From an uncultured Desulfarculus sp. (GTDB lineage Bacteria > Desulfobacterota > Desulfarculia > Desulfarculales > Desulfarculaceae): DNA of 64,000 bases. The stretch lies in NCBI GenBank assembly GCA_963665125.2, contig CAXXUK010000001.1:2752001-2816000 (forward strand), read 5' to 3'. The notes beneath the pieces were generated by a model. That model saw only the letters and a list, made by a program, of their open reading frames with translations. It was not told where the DNA came from and made no database searches. The translations under genes and the position numbers were made by a program. Positions 55,366 through 64,000 of this stretch are shown in pieces (positions within the stretch are counted from its first letter, which is position 1; every line of letters starts with the position of its first letter).

Positions 55366-58065
55366 ATGCCCTTGATGGACAGGTTCAAATTACGTACGCG
55401 GCTGATCATCAACTTCATTATTGTCGGCCTGATACCCTTCGCGGCCATTGCCGGGTTTGCCGTATACATGTCCAACTCGGCAATGAGCGAACAAATCACC
55501 GGCCTGATGAGTTCTTCCCGTGAAATGAAGTCAAAGGCCTTGCAGAATTTCCTGGGGCAGAAAACCGGCGACATGGCCGCCTTGGTGGAAACGGTCCGCG
55601 TGCTGCGCCAGGAGGCCTTTGGCAAGCTTCAGGTAGCGCAGGAACTGAAAAAATCGGAAGTTGAAACATATCTGGAGCGGGTCAAAAGCGACACCCTGGC
55701 TCTGGCCTCCAGTCAGGACGTACTCCAGGCCTTTGTCAAAATCCTCACCTATGAAGAAGCATACAACGAAGAAAACCAAAGCCTCAATGCAATGGACGAG
55801 TCGTTCAATCCCAAGGACCCCGGTTTCCGGCCCCTGTACGACATGGTTGCCCCGTTCTTTCGAAGCTTCGCCAAAATCCACGGCTATGACGACATCTACA
55901 TCATCGACCGGGACTTTGGCCTGATCATGTTTTCCATTGCCGAAGCCGACGACCTGGGCAAGCCGCTGACCCGTGACGAGTTGAAAAGCACGGGTTTGGC
56001 CAAGATATGGGCCAAAGTCTGCAAAACCAAGCAATGGGGCATTGAAGACTTCGCCCCATACGGCCCCAAAAACGATCAATGGGCGGCCTTCATCGGCGCT
56101 CCGGTCATCGACACCTTTGGCCGTTTCAAGGCTGTCGTCGTCATCCAGGTCGGCCCTGACCACCTGAACGAGGTGGCGGGCAAACGCCGGGGCATGGGGC
56201 GGACGGGGAGTTCGTATTTTGTAGGCCAGGCCGATGACGTCATCAGCCTGCGTTCGGACATAAGCGGCCAACAACACCAGGCTGTGGGTACGGAACTTGA
56301 CGCCTCGGGAAAAGAGTTCTTGCGGCAGGCCCTGGAAGGCCAAAGCGGCATGGGCCTGTTCAAGGGCCTTGGCGGCACCGAGATCGTGGCCTGGAACCCC
56401 ATTGCCTTTGAGGGGCTCAACTGGGCTATCTTTTCCAGCATAGCCCTGGAAGAGGCCATCGCGCCCCGCTTGGCCGGCAATGATAATGATTTTTACTCCA
56501 TGTTCGCCGCCTCGGGCGGGTATAAGGATCTACTGCTCATCTCTCCCGATGGCGATGTTTTCTATTCCGTGGCTCACAACGGCGAATACCAGACAAACCT
56601 GACCGCGGGCCACAACACCTTGCTGGGAAGGGCCTTTGGCCGGGCCGTTCAAGATGGCGCCCTATCCTTTTCCGATTTTGGCAAATACCGGCATTGGAAT
56701 GGTGAGCCCGGCGCCTTTATCGCCCAGCCTGTTGTGGGTGAAAACGGCACGGAAGTTGTCGTCGCCCTGGGCATGGGCCCAGCGCCCATCCAGGAAATCC
56801 TGGACCAGCGCAAGGGCATGGGCAAGTCGGGCCGAACCATGCTCGCCGGACAGGACGGCAAACAACGGCCTGATCCAAACCTAAGCTCCTTAAAGGACTG
56901 CCCGGCCCTGTCGGCCTCGCAATCCGGCAAAACCGGCATCGCCGAAATGGACATAAACGGCAACAAGGCCTTGTGCGCCTATGGTCCCATGGATTTCGGC
57001 GGCGTCAGGTGGTCACTGCTGACCATCATGGACAAAAACGAGGCCTTCGCCTCGGTGCATGAACTGCGTGACGGCATCATCATCAGCGGCCTGGGCATCG
57101 TCCTGTTTATCATCGCCTTGGGCCTGTTCGCCAGCCGACGGATCAGCGGATCGGTGACCAGGCCCCTCAAGGAAGTGGTAAACCGTCTCGATAATGCGGC
57201 CGAAGAAGTCACCCAGGCTTCCAACAGCGTCACCAACTCGGCCAATCAGCTGGCCAACGACTCCTCATCCCAGGCCGCGTCCTTGGAGGAGGCGGCGGCG
57301 GCCATTGAGCAGATTTCGCACCAGTCGCACCTGACAGCCCAGAATTCCGGCCAAGCCAAGGGCCTGATGGTCGAGGCCATCAAGACAATGGACCGGGCCG
57401 ACGAAGCCATGGATCAGATGACCGAGGCCATGAACGCCATTGCCAGCGCCGGAAGCCAGATCAAGAAAATTGTTGAATCCATCAACTCAATTGCCTTCCA
57501 GACCAACCTACTGGCCATCAACGCGGCGGTGGAAGCTGCCAGGGCCGGAGACGCCGGAGCCGGGTTCGCCGTGGTGGCCGACGAAGTACGCCGGTTGAGC
57601 CAAAAGGCGGCGGCCGCGGCCAACAACACCCAGACGCTGATACAAAGCACGGTTGAGCGGATCAATCGGGGCTCGGAACTTGTGACCAGGGCCAAGGGCT
57701 ATTTCCGGGAATCCGGCGACAATTCGCGCAAGGCCGCCAGCCTGGTGGAGGAGATTGCCGCGGCCAACAGCGAACAGGACAACGACATCAAGGGCCTCAG
57801 CCGCACGGCCGGTGATCTTGGTGACATGGTCCAGAAAAACGCCCAGGTGTCCCAGGAGTCGGCGGCCACGGCGGAAATCCTCCGCGGCCAGGCCCAGGCG
57901 GCCAGCGGCCTGGTGGGCGACCTAACGTCATTGCTGGAAGGCCGCAGAAAAGAGGCCCCGGCAAACGGCAACGGCAACGGAACAAAAATCGACCCGTTGC
58001 CCATTTCCGTATCCCTGGCCCAGCTTACCGGAGATATCCGCCAGGAGCTTGGCGAAGAGTTTTAG
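55366..58065 (+). CDS. Methyl-accepting chemotaxis protein with duplicated Cache-type sensor region
   Basis: Two copies of Y.D...I..DG...S.A...DF..Y...N...AFI..PV...R.GMG..G. Signalling hairpin [20 protein letters not shown]. Confidence 0.92.
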   Translation: MPLMDRFKLRTRLIINFIIVGLIPFAAIAGFAVYMSNSAMSEQITGLMSSSREMKSKALQNFLGQKTGDMAALVETVRVLRQEAFGKLQVAQELKKSEVETYLERVKSDTLALASSQDVLQAFVKILTYEEAYNEENQSLNAMDESFNPKDPGFRPLYDMVAPFFRSFAKIHGYDDIYIIDRDFGLIMFSIAEADDLGKPLTRDELKSTGLAKIWAKVCKTKQWGIEDFAPYGPKNDQWAAFIGAPVIDTFGRFKAVVVIQVGPDHLNEVAGKRRGMGRTGSSYFVGQADDVISLRSDISGQQHQAVGTELDASGKEFLRQALEGQSGMGLFKGLGGTEIVAWNPIAFEGLNWAIFSSIALEEAIAPRLAGNDNDFYSMFAASGGYKDLLLISPDGDVFYSVAHNGEYQTNLTAGHNTLLGRAFGRAVQDGALSFSDFGKYRHWNGEPGAFIAQPVVGENGTEVVVALGMGPAPIQEILDQRKGMGKSGRTMLAGQDGKQRPDPNLSSLKDCPALSASQSGKTGIAEMDINGNKALCAYGPMDFGGVRWSLLTIMDKNEAFASVHELRDGIIISGLGIVLFIIALGLFASRRISGSVTRPLKEVVNRLDNAAEEVTQASNSVTNSANQLANDSSSQAASLEEAAAAIEQISHQSHLTAQNSGQAKGLMVEAIKTMDRADEAMDQMTEAMNAIASAGSQIKKIVESINSIAFQTNLLAINAAVEAARAGDAGAGFAVVADEVRRLSQKAAAAANNTQTLIQSTVERINRGSELVTRAKGYFRESGDNSRKAASLVEEIAAANSEQDNDIKGLSRTAGDLGDMVQKNAQVSQESAATAEILRGQAQAASGLVGDLTSLLEGRRKEAPANGNGNGTKIDPLPISVSLAQLTGDIRQELGEEF

Positions 58066-58087
58066 CCATCGCAAAAGCCCCGTGTCT

Positions 58088-60760
58088 TTAATGGGCCTGG
58101 GCCCAGTTGGAGCCATGGCCCACGTCCACCTTCAACTCCACGGCCAGTTCGATGACGTTTTCCATCTCGTGGCGCACGGCCTCGATGAACTCGTCCATGC
58201 GATTTTCCGGGGCCTCGAAGACCAGTTCGTCGTGCACCTGGAGGATCATCAGGGCCTCGGGGAATTTCCTGGTCAGCATTTCATCCACCCGCAGCATGGC
58301 CAGCTTTATGATGTCGGCGGCCGAGCCCTGGATTGGCGTGTTCAGGGCGATGCGCTCGGCGCCCTGGCGGGCCACCCGGTCACTGCTGTTGATGGCCGGT
58401 AAAAAGCGGCGGCGGCCCAGGATGGTGGTCACATAGCCCGTCTGGCGGCACTGGCTCAGATTGTGCTGCTGGAAATCGGCAATGCCCTTGTAGCGGCCCA
58501 GGTAACGCTCGATGATGTCCTCGGCCTCCCGGCGGCTGATGCCCTGTTCACGGGCCAGGCGGAAGGCGCTCATGCCGTAGAGCACGCCGAAGTTGACGGT
58601 CTTGGCTCTGGCCCGCATCTCCCGTGTGACCAGGCCGGGCATCACGTCGAAGATGCGGGCGGCGGTCTGGGTGTGCACGTCCAGACCCTCTGACATGTCC
58701 TGGACCAACAGGGGGTCCTGGCTCAGATGGGCCAGCACCCGCAGTTCGATCTGGCTGTAGTCGGCGGCCACCATGACCATGCCCGGACCGGGGATAAAGC
58801 ACTCCCTGATGCGCAGGCCCAGTTCATTGCGCACGGGGATGTTTTGCAGGTTGGGGTCCGAGGAACTGAGCCTGCCCGTGGCCGTGACGCACTGGTTGAA
58901 GCTGGTGTGCACCCGGCCCGTTTCCGGATTGATCAGTTCGGGCAGGGCGTCGACATAGGTGCTCTTGATCTTGGCGTCTGTGCGGTAATTCAGGACCTCT
59001 GCGGGCAGGGGATGCTCGGCGGCCAGGATCGTCAACACGCTGACATCCGTGGAATAGGCCGTGCGTTTTTTGGTCTTCTTGACCTGTTTGAGGCCCAGCT
59101 CCTCGAACAGCACCTGGCCCAGTTGCTGGGTGGAGTTGATGTTGAACTCGTGACCGGCCATCTTGTATATGGCCTCCACGGACTCTTGCAGCCGGGCCTC
59201 CAGTTCCTTGGACAGCTCGCCCAGGGCCTCGGCGTCGATAAGCACGCCGATGCGCTCCATCTTGGCCAACAGCGGCATCAGGGGCATTTCCAGATCCATG
59301 AACAGATCCGTCAGCCCGGCCTTGTCCAGCTTTGGGGCCAGCTCGTCGGCGGCCTGCAGGGCCACGTCGGCGTCTTCGGCCGCGTAGGGCACGGCCTTGT
59401 CCGGCGTGGTTTGATCAAAGGGCAGGCCCTTGCCGCCGGTGGCTTCCTCGTAGGTGATCATCTTGCGGCCCAAATGCTCGGCGGCGATTGCCTCCAGGCC
59501 GTGGCTGGTCCGCGCCGGGTTGAGCAGATAGTCGGCGATCATGGTGTCGAACATGGGCCCGGCCACTTCCAGGCCCGCCCGTTTGAGCACGTTTATGTCG
59601 TACTTGAGATTCTGGCCCACCTTGATAACGTTTTGGTCGGCCAGCAGCCCGGCCAGCTCTTTTAAAGCCTCGGCCTTGGCAAGCTGGGCCTCGGCGGCGT
59701 CCCACTTGTGGGCCAGGGGGCCGTACCAGCCGGAGTGGGGCTCCAGGCTCAGGGAAAAGCCCACCAGGTCGGCGCGGATGGCGTCGATGGACGTGGTCTC
59801 GGTGTCCACGGACACCCTGCCCCGCTCCTTGGCCTCGGCGATGATCTGGCGCAGTTGTACGATATCTTCGATGCGCCTGTAGTCGGTCTCCGGCGCGGGG
59901 CCGGCCCCGGCGAACTGCTTGGCCAGGCGGGTGAACTCCAGCTTGGTCAACAGGGGCAAAAGCACCTCCCGGTCGGGCTGGACCACCTCAAAAGCATCGG
60001 GGTCGAACTCCACCGGAGCATCCTGGGCCAGGCGCACCAGATCCCGGCTGAGCAGGGCCAGGTCGGCGTTGTCGATGAGGTTTTGGCGCATCTTGGATTT
60101 TTTCATGTCCGGCGCGGCGGCCAGGACCTGCTCAAGGCTGGGGTGCTCGGCCAAGAGCTTCACGGCGGTCTTGGGGCCCACCCCTGGCACGCCGGGCACG
60201 TTGTCGGTGCTGTCGCCGGTGAGCGCCTGCATATCCACCTGCATCTCGGGCCACAGGCCGGTCTTCTCCCGGACCTCGTCCGGGCCCATGCGCAGGTCCT
60301 TCATGGTGTCCCAGATGGTCACGTGCTCGTTTACGAGTTGAAACAGGTCCTTGTCGCCGGAGACCAGCACCACGTCGAATCCCCGGTCCACGGCCTTTTT
60401 GGCCAGGGTGGCCATGAGGTCGTCGGCCTCGAAGCCCTCCATCTCAACGGCGGGCAGGCTCAGGGCCGTGACCAGCTGGCGCACCAGGGGCAGCTGGGCC
60501 TTGAGGGCCGGGTCCATGGGCGGGCGGTTGGCCTTGTAGGCCTTGTACATCTTGTGACGGAAGGTGGGGCCCTTGGCGTCGTAGATCACGCCCAAGTGGC
60601 TGGGCCCGGCGTCGGCCAATACCTTGAGCACCATGTTGGCGAAACCGAACACGGCGTTTGTGGGCACGCCGTCGGATGTGCTCAGGCCCTTGACGGCGTG
60701 AAAGGCCCGGTGGATGTAGCTGGAGGCGTCCAGCAGGTAGAGGATCGGTCGGTCGGCCAA
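58088..60760 (-). CDS. polA: DNA polymerase I
   Basis: 5'-3' exo (LLD.SSY..RAFHA, EADD, SGDKD, GD.TDN.PGVPG.GPKTA), 3'-5' exo DTETT, polymerase TGRLSS.DPNLQNIP, DYSQIELR, KTVNFG..YG, QVHDEL. TTG start. Confidence 0.97.
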   Translation of the reverse strand: MADRPILYLLDASSYIHRAFHAVKGLSTSDGVPTNAVFGFANMVLKVLADAGPSHLGVIYDAKGPTFRHKMYKAYKANRPPMDPALKAQLPLVRQLVTALSLPAVEMEGFEADDLMATLAKKAVDRGFDVVLVSGDKDLFQLVNEHVTIWDTMKDLRMGPDEVREKTGLWPEMQVDMQALTGDSTDNVPGVPGVGPKTAVKLLAEHPSLEQVLAAAPDMKKSKMRQNLIDNADLALLSRDLVRLAQDAPVEFDPDAFEVVQPDREVLLPLLTKLEFTRLAKQFAGAGPAPETDYRRIEDIVQLRQIIAEAKERGRVSVDTETTSIDAIRADLVGFSLSLEPHSGWYGPLAHKWDAAEAQLAKAEALKELAGLLADQNVIKVGQNLKYDINVLKRAGLEVAGPMFDTMIADYLLNPARTSHGLEAIAAEHLGRKMITYEEATGGKGLPFDQTTPDKAVPYAAEDADVALQAADELAPKLDKAGLTDLFMDLEMPLMPLLAKMERIGVLIDAEALGELSKELEARLQESVEAIYKMAGHEFNINSTQQLGQVLFEELGLKQVKKTKKRTAYSTDVSVLTILAAEHPLPAEVLNYRTDAKIKSTYVDALPELINPETGRVHTSFNQCVTATGRLSSSDPNLQNIPVRNELGLRIRECFIPGPGMVMVAADYSQIELRVLAHLSQDPLLVQDMSEGLDVHTQTAARIFDVMPGLVTREMRARAKTVNFGVLYGMSAFRLAREQGISRREAEDIIERYLGRYKGIADFQQHNLSQCRQTGYVTTILGRRRFLPAINSSDRVARQGAERIALNTPIQGSAADIIKLAMLRVDEMLTRKFPEALMILQVHDELVFEAPENRMDEFIEAVRHEMENVIELAVELKVDVGHGSNWAQAH

Positions 60761-60762
60761 TA

Positions 60763-61779
60763 TCAGCTCCCAGTATCCAGGTCTTTTTTAATTTTATTTC
60801 CCAATATGATTTCAATCGCATCCTTGAATTTACACTGAAAATAGTCAAATCTCGGTTCCCTCAGCCCCACACCTACCAATTCTCGGAACCTATCGCCAAC
60901 ATTCGGGTCTGGGTCGAAAACCCAGAAGCGTGAAATGCTGGCTTTACTATGAGTACCAAGGGTGAATAAGTACTTAAAAAAAGTGTCTGTTTCAGGTAGA
61001 GAATAACCTATGACGTAAATTTCCTGGGCATTCCGCAGAACCTCAGCCGCTTTTTTCCAAACACTTGAGATAGCTTGCTGTTGTGCAAGTTTGTTTAGAA
61101 CAGGAGGGATAATGAAAGGGCCATCACCGTTGTTGCTGAGTTGTTTCGTAGTGCAAAGCAGCCGATACTCACCATTTCTTAGCTGCGGAATATACAACCC
61201 GTTCGGTTTAAGGCCGTCTTCGTCTCGCGACCAATTGACCGAACCATGCAATTTTAATAATGGAACACCGTTTCCAGAGGTCTTTAACGCATAATCATAA
61301 GCGATTCCATTTTGGCCCAACATCAAGTCCAACAGACAGTCATAATTAAAAGTAATAAGACTCGTTTTTTTATCTTTTACGAGCTTATGGGAAAAAATCC
61401 CATATGCGCACCACGTGTTAGTATCTGGCAATCGAGGCATGGCCCAGTCGATCGTTAGGCCGATCACCTTAGGCGCAGCCTTTTGGGCCGCTTCCATTTC
61501 TTCCAGACCGATATCTTCAATCCCCCCTATCTGCACCCCAAGTTCCAACAAGCTCAACACAGTTTCGATATTGTTGAGATCCACATTGGAGTAGAAACTA
61601 GATCCTTTAAGCTTATGAATTACCTCAAAAAGGCACTCAAAATCATTTTTATAGTCGTTCACCATACCGGCGGTTACAATATCCCGAGCGGTGTCCAAAA
61701 AGTTGGACATTACCGGAATCTCAGCATCAGCCGACGCCCCGGCCCCGAATATGTATACTCTTCTATGGTCGTTTTTCAT
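60763..61779 (-). CDS. Stand-alone SIR2-like (defence-type sirtuin/NADase fold) protein, AT-rich
   Basis: IFGAGAS...IP.M..F, ITFNYD.LLD, LKLHGSVNW, IIPP..NK, VIGYSLPETD. Confidence 0.85.
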   Translation of the reverse strand: MKNDHRRVYIFGAGASADAEIPVMSNFLDTARDIVTAGMVNDYKNDFECLFEVIHKLKGSSFYSNVDLNNIETVLSLLELGVQIGGIEDIGLEEMEAAQKAAPKVIGLTIDWAMPRLPDTNTWCAYGIFSHKLVKDKKTSLITFNYDCLLDLMLGQNGIAYDYALKTSGNGVPLLKLHGSVNWSRDEDGLKPNGLYIPQLRNGEYRLLCTTKQLSNNGDGPFIIPPVLNKLAQQQAISSVWKKAAEVLRNAQEIYVIGYSLPETDTFFKYLFTLGTHSKASISRFWVFDPDPNVGDRFRELVGVGLREPRFDYFQCKFKDAIEIILGNKIKKDLDTGS

Positions 61780-61798
61780 GCTCCCCCCTATGCTGAAA

Positions 61799-62413
61799 TT
61801 ACCCCAGCGCCTTCTTGATCTTGTCGCCGTGCTCCTGAGCCATGGTCAGGGCCCGGTACACGTCCCGGCGTTCGGGGCCGATGATTGCCAGGTCTTGCAG
61901 GGCCTTGCCGCTGAGCAGGTTCAACTGCCCGATGAGCTTGTCATAATGCACCGTGGGGTAGGTGCCGCCCACCTCGAACCGGGCCTTGGGGCAGGTCCGG
62001 GCCCGTCCTCCGGCCTCCACCGGGATGCCGTAGAGGCGGCAGGTGATGGGCCGGGCCTCGTACAGGGCGCACTTGCCCGCGTCCAAAAGGGGGCACGGCA
62101 CCCTGGTGTTGCTGAAGTGCTTGTTGCGTTCGTTCTCGGGCAGGCCCATGGCCCACACCGAGGCCTCGTCAAAGATCTTGGCCGCCTTTTCACCCCGGCG
62201 CAGAAGTTCCCGGCGGTAGGACCGGGGCAGGCTCACAAAGGCCGTGGCCAGGCCCAGGGCCTCCACGGGCGAGATGTCGAACATGGCGTGGCAGCAGTCG
62301 TCGCAGCCCTGCTTGCAGGCCACGGCCTCGGGGTGCTCTGACTCCACCCTGGCGAAGACCTGGTCGGCCAGGTCCTGGACCTTTTTCAGTTCCTTAAGTA
62401 TTCGTGAAAGCAT
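61799..62413 (-). CDS. YkgJ-family cysteine-cluster (putative Fe-S/Zn) protein
   Basis: CKQGCDDCC, CPLL..GKC.LYE.RP.TCRLYG, CP. Confidence 0.85.
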   Translation of the reverse strand: MLSRILKELKKVQDLADQVFARVESEHPEAVACKQGCDDCCHAMFDISPVEALGLATAFVSLPRSYRRELLRRGEKAAKIFDEASVWAMGLPENERNKHFSNTRVPCPLLDAGKCALYEARPITCRLYGIPVEAGGRARTCPKARFEVGGTYPTVHYDKLIGQLNLLSGKALQDLAIIGPERRDVYRALTMAQEHGDKIKKALG

Positions 62414-62704
62414 TTCATTTGCCTTAAATATGATCTTCTGGTTTACTTGCCCGCACACCACGGGAACGACTCATTATATCAGACAGCGCGGGCCTGCGGG
62501 CCATGGCGGTTTAGCCCCACATTTATGCGGCGAAATTGCTTGACTTGCGTTGGTCGGCATGATAGCTAGATGCGACGCCAAGTGCCAAAAGGCACAGGCG
62601 CTTCAGCGAAAGCAAGATGATCACAACAGCCCGATATGCCTAAAGCTTCAGGGTGGCTCCACTCCTTGCTGCGGCATAACGGTCTAGGTTGAAGGCTGGT
62701 AACC

Positions 62705-62950
62705 ATGGGCCGGTTTATAAAAGATGAAACCCGCCCCTTGTTGCTGATGCTGGCCAGGGCAAGCTCAATCGGCTTGGCCATGGTCCTAGCAATCGTCTTC
62801 GGCCTGGCGATCGGCTACTGGGTCGATCACACCTGGGACACCAAGCCCTGGGGCCTGCTGATCGGCCTGTTGGTGGGCATCATCGCCGCATTTCGCAATT
62901 TGTATATTCTGGGCAAGAGGTCCCAGGATGTCATGGGAGGAAAGAAGTGA
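62705..62950 (+). CDS. atpZ: AtpZ/AtpI-family (ATPase gene 1) membrane protein
   Basis: SSIGL.MV.AI..G..IGYW.D...T.PW.L..G..GI.AAFRN. Confidence 0.88.
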   Translation: MGRFIKDETRPLLLMLARASSIGLAMVLAIVFGLAIGYWVDHTWDTKPWGLLIGLLVGIIAAFRNLYILGKRSQDVMGGKK

Positions 62951-63348
62951 GCCGCAAGGTGGCCGCACTCAACAGCAAAGAGACCCAGTTCGTAAAGGGC
63001 CTGTGGGTCAGCAACGCCATAGTGTTGGGGTTGTTGCTGGGAGGTTCGTTCATCTTTGGTTCGCCCAAGGCAGCTTTTAGCGTGATAGTCGGCGGAGCGA
63101 TCGCCCTGGCCAATTTCCGGCTGATGCAGGTGGCCATGGCCCGGATCCTCACGCCCAACGCCAAAAAGGTTCTGGCCATGGGCGCCACGCTCATTTTGTA
63201 TTACCTGCGGTTCGGCATCACCATGGCCGTGCTGGCGTTTTTGCTCAGCCGCCAGATGGTCGAACCGTTCGGCTTGCTACTGGGGCTCTCTGTGGTGGTC
63301 ATTACCATGATCACTTATGGGCTCATAAGTGTACGTAAACTCGGTTAA
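62947..63348 (+). CDS. atpI: ATP synthase protein I
   Basis: Four TMs, GG.IA.ANF, YYLRF, GL..GLSVVV. Lies between atpZ and atpB. Confidence 0.85.
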   Translation: MSRKVAALNSKETQFVKGLWVSNAIVLGLLLGGSFIFGSPKAAFSVIVGGAIALANFRLMQVAMARILTPNAKKVLAMGATLILYYLRFGITMAVLAFLLSRQMVEPFGLLLGLSVVVITMITYGLISVRKLG

Positions 63349-63363
63349 GGAGGCCAACCGGGC

Positions 63364-64000
63364 ATGGAACATCCCCTTCTGCTTCTGACGCTTCTGCTTG
63401 AACAAGTCGGCCTGGGTCACTTCGCCCACGCCTACCCCCACGTCGTCTACTCGTGGCTGGTTATGATCATCCTCATCGTGTTGGCCAAACTGGCCACCAA
63501 GTCGATCCAGATGATCCCATCCGGCGGACAAAACTTCTTTGAGGCCGTCATCGGCGGTTTCGAGGACTTCAGCGTCGACGTCATGGGTGAACACGGACGG
63601 CCCTATTTCCCGATTATTGGCACGCTGTTCTTCTACATCCTGCTGATGAACTGGATCGGCTTGGTTCCGGGCATGCTCAGCTCCACCAGCAACCTCAACA
63701 CCCCGCTGTCCATGGCCCTGTCGGTGTTCGTCATCACCGTCTTCGTGGGTATCAAGGAACACGGCCTGCACTACATCAAGCACTTCACCGGCCCCTTCTG
63801 GTGGCTGGCTCCGTTGATGCTGCCCATCGAGATCATCGGCTTCTTCGCCCGCGTCGTCAGCCTGACCCTGCGTCTTTTCGGCAACGTCATGGGTGAGGAC
63901 CTGGTCCTGATCATCCTGTTCTTCCTGGCCGGCGCCTTCTTGGCTCCGCTGCCGATGATGGGCTTGGCCATCTTCACCAGCTTCGTGCAGGCTTTCATCT
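63364..64000 (+). CDS. atpB: F0F1 ATP synthase subunit a (partial, runs off window end)
   Basis: Own translation: MEHPLLLL...PSGGQNFFE...N.IGLVPG...TSNLN...PIEIIG.FARVVSLTLRLFGNVMGED...FVQAFI. AAGGAGG RBS. Confidence 0.96.
   Translation, partial: MEHPLLLLTLLLEQVGLGHFAHAYPHVVYSWLVMIILIVLAKLATKSIQMIPSGGQNFFEAVIGGFEDFSVDVMGEHGRPYFPIIGTLFFYILLMNWIGLVPGMLSSTSNLNTPLSMALSVFVITVFVGIKEHGLHYIKHFTGPFWWLAPLMLPIEIIGFFARVVSLTLRLFGNVMGEDLVLIILFFLAGAFLAPLPMMGLAIFTSFVQAFI

Noticed and set aside
60763..61830. Similar C-termini GNKIKKDL (SIR2) and GDKIKKAL (YkgJ-like) as an att-like duplication
   Set aside because: DNA identity is only 15/24 with nearly all third positions different, so it is not a credible target-site duplication.

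Overview
A 64-kb, GC-rich chromosomal segment of a motile, probably anaerobic Gram-negative bacterium. The gene content (stand-alone atpZ-atpI-atpB, rubredoxin, CheX, MCPs without an evident HAMP domain, a NikKMLQO-type ECF transporter, PAS hybrid kinase) points to Desulfobacterota; this placement is inference. Most of the window is housekeeping: ppiD, trmO-MBL-ttcA-cobQ, glgP, acyP, ligA, uppP-manC-DUF368-manA-manB, ihfB, SRP RNA, hisC-cmk-rpsA-sppA, prpE, two MCPs, polA and the F0 ATP synthase genes. I saw no tRNA, rRNA, CRISPR array, transposase or prophage. The most notable unexplained items are: (1) a ~290-nt highly structured leader ending in an intrinsic terminator in front of a porin + Ni/Co ECF operon, which I cannot match to a canonical cobalamin or NiCo riboswitch (candidate new or variant riboswitch); (2) an AT-rich, stand-alone SIR2-family gene wedged directly upstream of polA and carrying polA's RBS; (3) three hairpin-rich intergenic elements, two sharing a CC(A/G)TCC(A/T)TGG-type loop signature and one showing compensatory stem changes; (4) two convergent large GT-C glycosyltransferases near an operon that couples GDP-mannose synthesis to undecaprenyl-phosphate recycling; (5) an unannotated pair of small genes behind sigma54-type and sigma28-type promoters; (6) a class II aldolase-cupin fusion; and (7) a rubredoxin with a CxC first knuckle that the ORF track missed. 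Starts were re-picked by eye from RBS position. Product calls come from motif recognition, not database searches.
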